Assembly: GCA_965235115.1 (NCBI GenBank)
Contig: OZ249436.1
Span: forward strand, 53,756,001 to 53,820,000
Direction of reading: 5' to 3'
DNA: 64,000 nucleotides
DNA from: Laetmonice hystrix
Taxonomy: Eukaryota
The position numbers were made by a program, and so were the translations under genes. A model generated the notes under the pieces. It was not told the origin of the DNA and searched no databases. It worked only from the letters and a program-made list of their open reading frames with translations. Within the stretch, counting starts at the first letter, position 1; every line of letters starts with the position of its first letter. This document shows, piece after piece, positions 1 through 11,287 of this stretch.

Positions 1-157
1 GTGAACAGTAATTTCAACATCAGAAAGTGATCAGTACTTTCAACATCAGAAAGTGAACAGTACTTTCAACATCAGAAAGTGATCAGTACTTTCAACATCA
101 GAAAGTGATCAGTACTTTCAACATCAGAGGGTGATCAGTACTTTCAACATCAGAAAG
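1..157. repeat. 26-bp minisatellite (GTGATCAGTACTTTCAACATCAGAAA), about 6 copies, probably continuing upstream of the window
   Basis: Tandem unit visible directly from base 1. Confidence 0.9.
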
Positions 158-1140
158 TAATGACGGCTGTGATGATATTGGAACCAAAATTCTAAATGAA
201 ACAGATTGTGAAGAGACAACCTAAAATGGTGCTTATATGACTTATACCCAACCGCTAGGAAACCTTTTGTATTATTGACTCATGTTGTTATTTCTTCACA
301 GAATTGAGCTGCATATAGTATTATGTGAGAACATTGAGCACTACTATTTCATTGTAAATTTGAATGTATCCTATATTCCGATGTAATATTTTAGGCATTT
401 ACGCCGCTGAACGAATTACCATTTTGTAACGTATTGGATAGATAACGTATATTCAATTAGGCGAATTCGCACACGATTGAACTTTCTAATACCGATTTTA
501 ATATAGTAGAACATGTTGACGCGATATACGCAGGGGAATCAAATATTGATCTAGATATCAACTGTCCATTTAAACCTTTTACTTCTGCGTATGTAAGCAT
601 GAGCTTCGTCATACTTTTAAATCTTAGAATTCAATTACTGTTAACGAGTTTGATATACTTGCATTGAATACCCACAGCATATTTAAGAACTTTGATTAAT
701 TTGTTGAAAGAGTTGAGCAATTCTTACCATATTTTCCAATTATCCTGCTATCTGAAACCTGGCTCACTGAGCACAATGTACATTTGTACAACCTAGACGA
801 CAATGTAACATTACACAACGTCAGGACCGGTATACGTGATGGTGGTGTATGAAGAAAGATTCGTGCCTCACTATATTCTGAACCCGTTGACAAAATTAAT
901 ACTCTGTGAAGTATGAACTATGAAGAACTATGAAGTTACATGTATAAAACTGAAAAAACAAGTTGTAAATAATAGTCCATGCGACATCTTTGGACTACTT
1001 TGTTACAGGCCACCATCTGGTAACGTTGTCCAATTTATTGAAATCCTAAACAGTGTACTGTATGAACTTGACTCGGATGGATCAATAGTATTCTTTGAAT
1101 GTGATGTGAATTTAGACCTCTACAAGTATGGCTCCATTAA

Positions 1141-1690
1141 GCCCAGTCCCATATACGCACGGATGGACACGGCAGTCCCGGAAAGTGCCGGATCCCGCCG
1201 GATCAAGATCCGGCACGATCCGTGCTCTTTTTGGGGGTTTTGAGCGGTGGCAACACGGCAGCTACACGGACGAACCCGTACAAACACGGACAAACACGGC
1301 AGCAATCAACACGGCGCCCACACGGATGACCAACGAACGCCCCGGACATTCACGGCAGAGCGACGGACTAACACGGACCAACACGGCAGAGACACGGACA
1401 GCCCAGGATAAACACGGACTAACACGGCGTGTACACGAACCATCCCGGACCTACACGGCAGCGACACGGACCAACACGGTCCACCCTGGATGTTGCCATC
1501 TCCCCGGACCGTCATGGAAGAACACGACAGTTTTGAACTTCCCAAAACTGCCGTGTTGGCCTCCCGGAGCTCCAAGGACATTCCCGGACGTTCCAGGACC
1601 AACAGGGATCGCCGCGGAGCTACACGGCGGCTACACGGTTCACACGCCGGATCGTGCCGGATGTGATCCGTGTTGATCCGGCACCTATAT
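1141..1690. mobile_element. Harbinger-type MITE (GCCCCAGTCCCA TIR family), inverted relative to the next copy and missing its inner TIR
   Basis: Starts TAA|GCCCAGTCCCATATA and is the reverse complement of 1714-2264 with only a few substitutions. Confidence 0.8.
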
Positions 1691-1701
1691 CCGGCATCTT
1701 A

Positions 1702-2265
1702 TGCCCCAGTCCCATATAGGTGCCGGATCAACACGGATCACATCCGGCACGATCCGGCGTGTGAACCGTGTAGCCGCCGTGTAGCTCCGCGGCGATCCCT
1801 GTTGGTCCTGGAACGTCCGGGAATGTCCTTGGAGCTCCGGGAGGCCAACACGGCAGTTTTGGGAAGTTCAAAACTGTCGTGTTCTTCCGTGACGGTCCGG
1901 GGAGATGGCAACATCCGGGGTGGACCGTGTTGGTCCGTGTCGCTGCCGTGTAGGTCCGGGATGGTTCGTGTACACGCCGTGTTAGTCCGTGTTTATCCGG
2001 GGCTGTCCGTGTCTCTGCCGTGTTGGTCCGTGTTAGTCCGTCGCTCTGCCGTGAATGTCCGGGACGGTCCTTGGTCATCCGTGTGGGCGCCGTGTTGATT
2101 GCTGCCGTGTTTGTCCGTGTTTGTACGGGTTCGTCCGTGTAGCTGCCGTGTTGCCACCGCTCAAAACCCCCAAAAAGAGCACGGATCGTGCCGGATCTTG
2201 ATCCGGCGGGATCCGGCACTTTCCGGGACTGCCGTGTCCATCCGTGCGTATATGGGACTGGGGCA
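1702..2265. mobile_element. Complete Harbinger-type MITE, about 564 bp
   Basis: TIRs TGCCCCAGTCCCATATA...TATATGGGACTGGGGCA, flanked by TTA and TAA (TWA-type target). Interior is built from ACACGG/CCGTGT motifs. Confidence 0.8.
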
Positions 2266-5200
2266 TAACGTATATCTTATTCTCTCTTTCAATAAATACC
2301 CATCATAACTAAACCAACCACTCTGCACTCAGCAGCTGCAGCTCACTGAAGGTAACATATCTAAAACTCGCGATATACTCAGGCCAAAAGTTATATAATC
2401 GTCTTGGATATCTTTGACCATTTTCCCGTTTTTATCGCAAACGATATTACAACTCAACATAATATGGAATCTTTATATCAAATCGTTCCATAGCGATGTT
2501 CAACACATAAATTTAAATAACATTAACGAATTTTCTAAAACCCAAGAAGCCTTAGTAAATTCCATTCACTTCTTCATACATGTTACGAAAGCAATATACT
2601 CAAAATTTCCGGCAAACTATAATTATTATAAAAATAAGCTTCCATGGATTTCTAAAGAACTATCCAATCTAATATCATATCCTAAACATGAAACGTCTAG
2701 GAGACTAAAAATAGCCACAGGCGAATATTACAATAATAACATCGATGAAAGCAGAGGCAACTTAAAAATGTAATGGAAATACCTCAGAAAAATAATGGGT
2801 AGCGAAATTAAGTCAGAATATCCTGATTATTTCTTCGATAATGACATTTGAGATTTGCAACAGTTCTAACATTTATTCATAAATATTGGTCCCAACCTTG
2901 CAAAAAGAATCCGTGATTCTAACACCTCGTATAAGGACTGCTTATCTAACTGTAATCCTAATTCTATATTTTTCGACCCCACAAATGCAGAAGAAATATC
3001 AAATATCCTGTCTAATATCCGAACATCCTAACCTGGAGAGGATAACGTCTCCCTGATCCTGATTAAACCAATTTTAACTTTCTTTCTGATTGTCAACTTA
3101 TCATTACAACAAGCTGAGTGACGGTGTTATGTCTGGCACGTAAACTCAAAGCAGCAAGAGTAAAGCTGATTTTCAAGGCGAATGATCCTCATATTTTCAG
3201 TAGCTATCTCCCAATTTCTATTCCCCCGATTTTTTTTTCTCAAAAGTACTTGAAAAATTAGTTTATAGAAGATAAATGATGTTCTTCAAAGAATTCTTTT
3301 TTAAAGACTAGCCGTTTGGGTTCAGGGAAGGTCACTCAATAAGCACGGCATTTAGTATTCTAAATCTCAGGATAACCACAGAATTTGAGGAAACTAAAGT
3401 AACCCTTGGCATCTTTTTAGATTTTAGCAAAGCCTTTGACACGGTTAACTCTCAAATACATTTCACCAAACTTGAGCATGATGGCATCAAAGGCCTTCCC
3501 CTCTCATGGTTAAATAGTGATCTCGGCAGGCTCTGAAAGTGAGAAAGAAACATTTGATGACTCAGTTGCGGAGCACTGGGGGGGGGCAATGGCAGAAGTG
3601 TCAAAGACCGAAATACACAGATCTCAAATCGCAGCCTGGGACGCAAACCTTTCCACGATTTCCTCGCCATTTTCTTAGGGCACAGGTGGTGGCCGGAGCA
3701 TGAGGCGAGACCTTGACATAACCTCTGCAACTCACAAGTCGTCGATAATGGAGGTCAACCCCCGGACTGGTTTATTTGCTTCCAGTGTGAAAGAAGCCAA
3801 TGCCAGCAGCTGCGGCTCAAGCTAACGACATAAGGTAGATGTCGTTGACGTAGACCTCGTCATGGCTAAGCCGTCCATGCAGTGAGAATGGCTCCCCTCA
3901 TCACATGGATCCTCTAGCTGCTTGTATTGGCTCAAGACGTGTCCGTTTTCCTCTTATCGCCAGTCTTACCTCTGTTGGATAGAGTTTGTCCAACGTCTCG
4001 TATGTCCCTGGATCTGGTTGTCGGTTGCTCCAGTAGGATAGCTAGGCAGGACTCAAATAACCATCAGACGCTGAAGAGCCAGAGTCCCTCTTGATTGTTT
4101 GTCGTGGCGGTGGGTGTGCATGACGTTGAACTATGGATCAAAATGGATCCGTTCATTAGCATGAAGAAAGCGGTTCTGAATAATTCATCGCCAGACGAGG
4201 CATGATTCGCGCTCATTGTCCATCAAAAATATAATAATTGGATTAGCCTGTAGCATCACAGTGGCATGTCTTCTCACGCTACCATTTTATACGTGACAGG
4301 ACTAGGAGGCGTACAGTCGCAGACCCTTGGCACGCCCAGTCTCTTGCCTGGTTATAACATAGCTTGTTCCAATTTACTACCGCAGAGAGAAAAGTCCCCT
4401 GTTTACGAGTAAAACACTGATATCTTTTGGCGGTTATCGCTGTGTGTGTCCACCATGTTGTACACGGCAGATTCATGGGCTTCCCTTGCATCTCATGCGT
4501 ATGAATTACAGGAATACTGTGTGTACCCACCCTGCTTGTTTGGCGGGGCCTACAAAGTATTGAAATTGCTATCATTGCTTGGCGTCTGGCGAGGGGCAGG
4601 GGGTGACCAGGAAATCGAAAACTAAATTAGCTCGAGGTCGTGAGGTTAGAGACCCTATCAGGTACGCTTAATTTATCCATACTAAAGGTTGAAGTGGTTT
4701 TTTCTTTTGCTGTTTTGATGAACTTCGGGTGACGGCATATTGACGTGATGGTTTTTTTTTATTTAGCGTCATACTTTGGGAAGAATATCTTCTAGTTGCT
4801 ATCGCAGCGCCTCTGACGTCCGCCTTGCCGATGCGAAGTGCTGTTCTGAGTAATGTCACGTCGTTATCCACCATGGTCAACTGGGGCAGGTCCATGGGGT
4901 CGGAAACTTTATACCCACGCATTTGCAATGTACTAATAGATTCTTGACCTGAAGGTACATGGCATGTAGTTTGCGACAGGGCGTAAAGACTGGCCACTGT
5001 TTGGCGTCACTCTAGAATAATGGTCCTGTGCAAAATTAGATGTCCACCCTACCACAGGAATTCTCCCTTGGGACCTGGTGTAAGAATGGTCATCAGCGCC
5101 AACTTGCTCTTCTTAATAGTGGCTGAGCGTGTGATTGCAGACTTATCTGTTTGTCACAGACGGGGGTGAGTGATTTCAGTGCATTTTTCGAGATGGTTCT

Positions 5201-5333
5201 AACGATTTGATATGTCTAGGCATGTCTGTAAAACTAATTGGCATGTTTAAAAGAATTCGCCAATTTTTCCGAGAAGAGCAGAGCATTGCCTCCCGGTGGC
5301 AGGCTTCATTCTCACGTCTTCTTCATCGTCATA

Positions 5334-5641
5334 TAGGTCATATCCGGAGGCGAACCAGATGTAGGAAGCGGCCATTTCTCCAGGATTTGCGCAAAGTCGT
5401 GTAAAGCAGCATCGCGGATGTAGCGATGAGCAGTAAATAGTCGAATTTCAAATCCAGATATTCTAACTCTGTAAAGTCCCACACAGGCTAATTAAGTGGG
5501 GAGTTTTCCATTTTCGGCACGGCGGCACCGTGGGACTTTCAGTTTGCTGTTGTCTACATCCGGGCCACTGATCTCGACCTAGCCACCCACTCACCCCACC
5601 CCCCAACATGGCGACCTTCGTCGTACAGCCGAGACATGACG
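5334..5641 (+). repeat. Unclassified interspersed repeat, copy 1 (diverged copy at 35332-35726)
   Basis: Colinear shared blocks: TAGGTCATATCCGGAGGC, GATTTGCGCAAA, AGTAAATAGTCGA, CATTTTCGGCACGGCGGCA, CCCCAACATGGCGACCTTCGTCGTACAGCCGAGA. Confidence 0.75.
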
Positions 5642-7040
5642 TCAGTCAGTCGAACGGTGTGCTGAGTGCGTCACACCCTCATCAATTAACAAAATATCAA
5701 TCCAAAGGTGAATATTGCTAACGATAATCAGGCGTAACCCAGTTAAATTTCAAAATATCCCGAAAGAAAACAATTTTATATAGCACCCTATTGGAATCGA
5801 ACCCCGGCCCTAAGGTTACCCGTTCGCGTATCATGCCAAATGGGCCCTCGCCTATTACCAAAAAGGAGGCGTTGGTGCTGAAGCAGGACATTGAACCACC
5901 TCCCTTTACACATACTATATACTACAGACATCTTCTAGATGGAACAGAATCCATACTTTCCTAGACGGGGATACACATCAATTATGAGTGATTTGTGATA
6001 GATTGGAGGATTCTCGTATGTAGCAGGTATTTAAGCCATATTCAGCGCGAGAATAAAAATTATTGTTTAGTTGTGAGGTCTATGTAGCCCCGATTCCCAG
6101 ATGGGGCTCATGAAGATGAAGTGAGAAACAACACGATCTCCGGGACGGATCCGCTACTCTTTTAGGAAAATACCAAGGGCATTAGTGATCCAGTCGTTGG
6201 CCACTTGGGAAGGACCGAATGATGTAAATCTATAGTGTTACACAGATGATTCAGGGATCCGACACTGAAGCACTTCACCCACACCAGCCCTCTACATCCT
6301 TGCCTCATCTGAGCGGTCAGTGGTGGCGGCTGAGGAACATCTTTACCTCTGATACCCAACGTGTATAAACACTGTATTATCCCTTTGAATGTAGCTGCAT
6401 GTGCACTGCCGGTCGACAGGGGGTAAAACTGCCCAAGAGTAGCTAAGGGTTGACGCTGTGTCTTTCATCAAACTCAGCACTGACCCCTGGCCCCTGGCCC
6501 CGGGCCCCGGGCCCCACGATCAGGGACAAGTAATGTTTAGAGAATGCAATTTTGCCGTGAACCTTCAAAGTCGACTGCGCATAAAACAATCAATCGTGCA
6601 CATACAAAGTCTTCCTTACTCTTTTTAATCTGCTACTGTCTACCCCTTTGGAGATTTTCTTTATGCTTCAGGGAAAGAGCAAGGTCGAAACGAAAAGACA
6701 GGGTGGATCCAAGGTTGACTGTTTCAAATACGCCTTCTCGACTAACACAAGTTAGTCATTCTTCACCTTATATTTGTAAAAACTCCGATTTTCTAAAGTT
6801 TCGATGCATGCATCAAATATGTCATGATTTTACAGTATAGAAACATTCTCACTCATGATGTGCTTATGTTCTTATACTTAAGTAGTTATGCTTTACTGTA
6901 ATATATACTAGTTTCATCCATAATCACACTTGTCTTCTTCCGAACGCCGAATGTACGAAAACCAGAGTAGTCGGATGGCTAAAATATAGGCTACTTACGG
7001 TACCTAAAATGTATTCCTATTGCTTAACTTGGTGACTTAA

Positions 7041-7597
7041 AGGGAAATGTGAGTGTTCGAATCGACCACTAGAATTTTCAAAATATTTTTATGGGGGATA
7101 GCTTTTGTCCTTAGGAGTACAAAGAAACAAACAAAAATCATATGTCACCGAATTAGATTTTTTTATATAGGGTCTTTACTATAGGTTTTAATGGGAAAAA
7201 CAGGATTTTTCAGACATTTTGACTAATAGTTAAAAAATGACCACCAATTTTCTCCTGAAACTCGGTCACAAGATAAAGTGGATCAGGACTAATAGATTAA
7301 AACAAAATAAATTGGGGGTCACCGAATCAAAAAAAAAGTTACAGACTGCCAAACAGTCAGTGCCTTGGTAAAACACGGGTCTTAACTATAGCATTCAATG
7401 GAGTAGACAGGTTCTGGCGCACAATTTGGTTCATGGTTTAAAAAATACTACTGATTTCCACATCAAACTAGTTGACTGCATAAATAAGCCAAACATTTTT
7501 CTGTTAAAGCTCACTACGCGGCACTTTGAATACTCACATTTCCCCCGTGGTACCAACGCGACTCACTAGGTGGTGCTTTGAACACTCATATTTCCCT
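7041..7597. mobile_element. Kolobok-type non-autonomous DNA transposon
   Basis: TTAA TSD at 7037-7040 and 7598-7601. TIRs AGGGAAATGTGAGTGTTC / GAACACTCATATTTCCCT with AG...CT termini. Confidence 0.8.
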
Positions 7598-7677
7598 TTA
7601 AATGGATAGTCTCTGTCCAAGGGCGAGTCAAGTTGCTACATATCATATTGTGTAACAATAACGCCCTTCTTTGTTTC

Positions 7678-7935
7678 GCGGGGCCGAGTGGTCGTAAGGA
7701 CTGGTTTTGGCTCATGACACCTAGCACCATCGCCTCACACCACTGCGGTCCGGGTTCTATTCCCGGCCAGCGCATGTGTGAAAGGTTTGTCAGTCAGTTC
7801 CTTCCCGAAGGCCGGTGGTTTCCTCCGGGTATTCCGGTTTCCTCCACCAATAAAAACTGACTTTCATCATCATCTTCACCGCCGTGATATGACCCTGGCT
7901 GTTGCAAGACGTAAAACCCCAAACACCCACCCACC
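7678..7935 (+). mobile_element. tRNA-derived SINE with V/Meta-type central core
   Basis: A-box-like GGCCGAGTGG and B-box-like GGTTCTATTCC (7753-7763), core GGTTTCCTCCGGGTATTCCGGTTTCCTCC, and a simple-repeat (ACCC)n tail. Confidence 0.8.
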
Positions 7936-8185
7936 CTTTGTTTCGCGGTGTTCTGGCATTGTTCTTGCTGTCGAGATGGCCTCAGTTGCTGACACGGTGT
8001 GGGACGCCTAATCAGGCTAATGCACCCTCAGTCAACGAGGTATATTATTCTTTTGAGACGATTGCCATGGGGACCCGGAAGACAAGATGTCCTTTGTCTG
8101 ACCTTTTTCTTGTTTCACCTTGTTTTTAACCGTGAAGGTGGCCTTGATTGTCGACACGGCATAACATCACCACCAACTGTCTATT

Positions 8186-8196
8186 ATCTCTCTGTA

Positions 8197-8227
<31 letters not shown>

Positions 8228-8230
8228 GTT
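8186..8230. repeat. CT-rich microsatellite
   Basis: Seen directly. Confidence 0.85.
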
Positions 8231-9679
8231 GCTCGCTCTCCGTCCTGACTTGGGTGATTTGTATAGGGACACGGTGTCTTGCACCGGCGTTGTGAGGACA
8301 ATAACATTTTGGGACAACTTTCATAAAAACACGACAGAATTATTCAAAATGCCTTTTTATGTCAATTTGACTGTTTGGATTTTTCTTAAATGTCTTAATT
8401 ACTAAAAAGAGATTCAGGTTTGTGGGGACAAAAGCGAGTTGGTTCTACTGGGGATGATCGCAACAACCAATCAAATTGCAGCTTACAAAAGGTTTTGGGA
8501 GAGGTGAGGAAAACGTTGTGGGGACGTTGAGAGGGCAGTCCCTGTAAGATTGTTTCAATCACCGCCAACACACTACCGGTATCTAATTGATCTCATGCAC
8601 AGCGCCTTCCCCCAGGAATTCAGAAAGGTAGGGTAATATGTCGAGGAAGGTGCATGTTTTGCCACCAACAAGTGCCTGCGGCAAAGAGGCAAGGTACTAA
8701 GTGTTATCGAGGGGATCTGAGTTATAGCCCAGAAGAAACATTTTAGAAAGGGAGACTAAAGTTTTCTATTCTTTTCCCTCCTGAAATGGATGCGATGGAT
8801 TGATACCGTTTACTGTTTGTAGATCTATAGATCTATAAACCCAAAGGATTACTTGAGTGGAACTGATTTCTTTTTCTCTGACTCAGAAAAATAGACAGCA
8901 CGACAGGAATAGATGGTTTACGAATATAGCTGCAGTTTTGAAATTCAGGAATCTTCTTGATCGGAACCTAATTCCCGTTTTAAATGATGCCCCGACCATT
9001 ATTTGTAGTCAGTCGAATGTCTAACCAAGTCATCCATGCAGTCAGGGGCACACATTGCATTAGTTGCTATTAAAACCTTTACTCCTTCATGAACAAACAA
9101 TAATCAAGCGATTAATTAACTATCGGGCATAATTTATTGAATTCCTGCATAAAAGTAAGCAAGATCTGTGTAGTAAATAGAGTAGGTGAAAGATATGCCA
9201 GTATACGCACTCCTCTAATAAATTCTTGTGCTATAAATACCAGGAGGTGATTTCTATTGTCTAGGTTTGTTTGTCACACCTCACGCCGGTGACTCTGTAC
9301 GTTACAGTCAACAGTTTTACCTGGGCAGACTCGGGTAGACTCGGGTCTGTCTCCCATGAACTGGCTGATGGGTCGGAAGGAGCTTGCATGGGTCCACGTT
9401 CGGTCGTAGTCTGGCAACACGTGCTGATGGTTCAAACACTGACAGTATGATGAGTCACGAAGTGTCCACTTGGAGCCGGGAGGGTGCAAGGCTGAGAAAA
9501 GTGCGATACGACTCTTGTAAAGGGATGTAGCAATACAACCCGTTCCCCGTCAGTGAGTCGATCTGTGGCATAGTTCCGTATGGCGGCTACCATTGGGTTA
9601 TCACGTGTTGTCTCAGGTGCCAGATCTTCGAACGGTAGGATGAACGTATCTAGTCGACTAAGACCAAGTTCACTTTTTT

Positions 9680-9766
9680 TCTCTCTCTATCTCTCTCTGT
9701 CTCTCTCTCTCTTTCTCTCTCTGTCTCTCTCTCTCTCTGTCTGTCTCTCTCTCTGTCTCTCTCTCT
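9680..9766. repeat. (CT)n/(CTGT) microsatellite
   Basis: Seen directly; it explains the RE/SL-repeat ORFs here. Confidence 0.9.
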
Positions 9767-11203
9767 GCCAGCGCATGAATACGGTACGCCCCAAAACGTG
9801 TAATAAATCAGTCCATATGAAACAATAACATCCGTTCGATACGGGCCAGCAGCATGGCACTCCCTCCCCCAGAATGCCCTGGAAAATAAAATGCGCATAA
9901 AATAAAGACTGCTTCGCCTTTGTATCAAGACATGGTCTAGTATTTTAGCTTCATCGTGTAGACCTGTTTCTTTATTTAATACGAAAAATGAGGACAACTT
10001 TCTCCATAGAAGTCCTCTTTGCAGCAAAAAGTGCCACAAGACCTATACAGCGATTTCAATATCTGTGTCTGCGCCAAGACAACATTAGTCGGGGGTGCCG
10101 TCGACGGCTCCCGTCCCGACTGTCGCCGGTAATTTGAGGATTATTGTATCTCCATGGCAGTGCCAGCGTCTCCGATAAGGGGAACACTCAACACCCTCAT
10201 GTGTCTCTGCATGTATTTGCTTTCCGACCTATCGTAGGGATGATTTCGTAATAGGTATGAGTTGGAAAAGGCGCGGCTCTTTCCGAAAGCCAGCCTAGAG
10301 TTTTACAGCTGGGATGTCTGTATTTTCTGAAGATGATACAAGCATCGATTGTTTGCAGGGCTAACCTTTTATTATGTCATTTCGCAAAGCCACCATCTCT
10401 GTTCAGTCGAATACATTGAAGCGATTCCTGATTACTGCAGCAACTACTCACATAACTACAATGTATAGTGTCGAAAATAATGGGTCTATACAGTTGATGA
10501 TGCGTCGTGTGTTTGGTGGACTTGAACGACATATTCAGATGATGGCCAACCAGTCAATAAAATACGCATTATTCTTGTTCTCCATTGTGTGGTCCATTCA
10601 AATTCTTTTAATGTGAATTTGCAATCTTATATCATGTTAATTTTGTCCAATATTAAGCCATATTAATTTGAAGGTGAAAGTTGTTTAGAAAGTAGTTCAC
10701 GGAGCGTACCGTCGATTTCGTAGCAGAACTCGTTTTGAAGTTTAAAGCATGTTGTTTTCTCAGCTAGATGTTTAACAGGGTGTCTTTTTTTTGTTTAAAA
10801 ACGAAGGAGATTTTTTAAAGGAAGTGATTACGAAATCACTTATCCTACAATAAAGCCTCAGACATCGGTGATCGACGGTATTGTGTTGCCAGCGGTGTTT
10901 GTAGTCATAATAAAAGCACGTCACTTCGACTTCTTTTTTCTCACCCGAAAGAAATAAGGGATTGTTTTCCGGCGACGCAGTTCTTTCTCACCTAATTTTT
11001 ACCATCGACCCCCCCCCCCCCCCCACACACACACCCTCACACAGGGACCTCAGGCACCAAAAGGTCACATCTAGACGTAATAAGTTAACTGTCTGTTCGC
11101 CCTGAATATAGCCGAAATGTTGTAGACATAGGTAAGCCCGCTAATTCACTCACTCATTCACATATAGTCTACTCCTGATTATCACCGCTTCACAACGGCC
11201 ACC

Positions 11204-11287
11204 CTCAGCCACAATAACACCCAGAGGTCTCAGCCACACCGAATAACACCCAGAGGTCTTAGCCACACCGAATAACACCCAGAGGTC
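11204..11287. repeat. ~29-bp tandem repeat, about 3 copies (CAGCCACACCGAATAACACCCAGAGGTCT)
   Basis: Seen directly. Confidence 0.75.

Larger units (their letters stand above)
420..3527 (+). pseudogene. Decayed CR1/L2-type LINE ORF2 (APE endonuclease plus N-terminal half of RT), 3'-truncated and interrupted by the MITE pair at 1141-2265
   Basis: Motifs occur in canonical order across frames: LSETWL (748-765), YRPP and DVNLDL (ORF 920-1243), KLPWISKEL (ORF 2414-2773), FINIGPNLAK (~2875-2905), SKVLEKLV (~3240), FGFREGHS (~3315), GIFLDFSKAFDTVN (3408-3449). Many stops and frameshifts. Confidence 0.9.

Noticed and set aside
1128..2219. Paired 182-aa and 163-aa ORFs on opposite strands
   Set aside because: These are translations of two inverted MITE copies made of ACACGG motifs, with no domain features.
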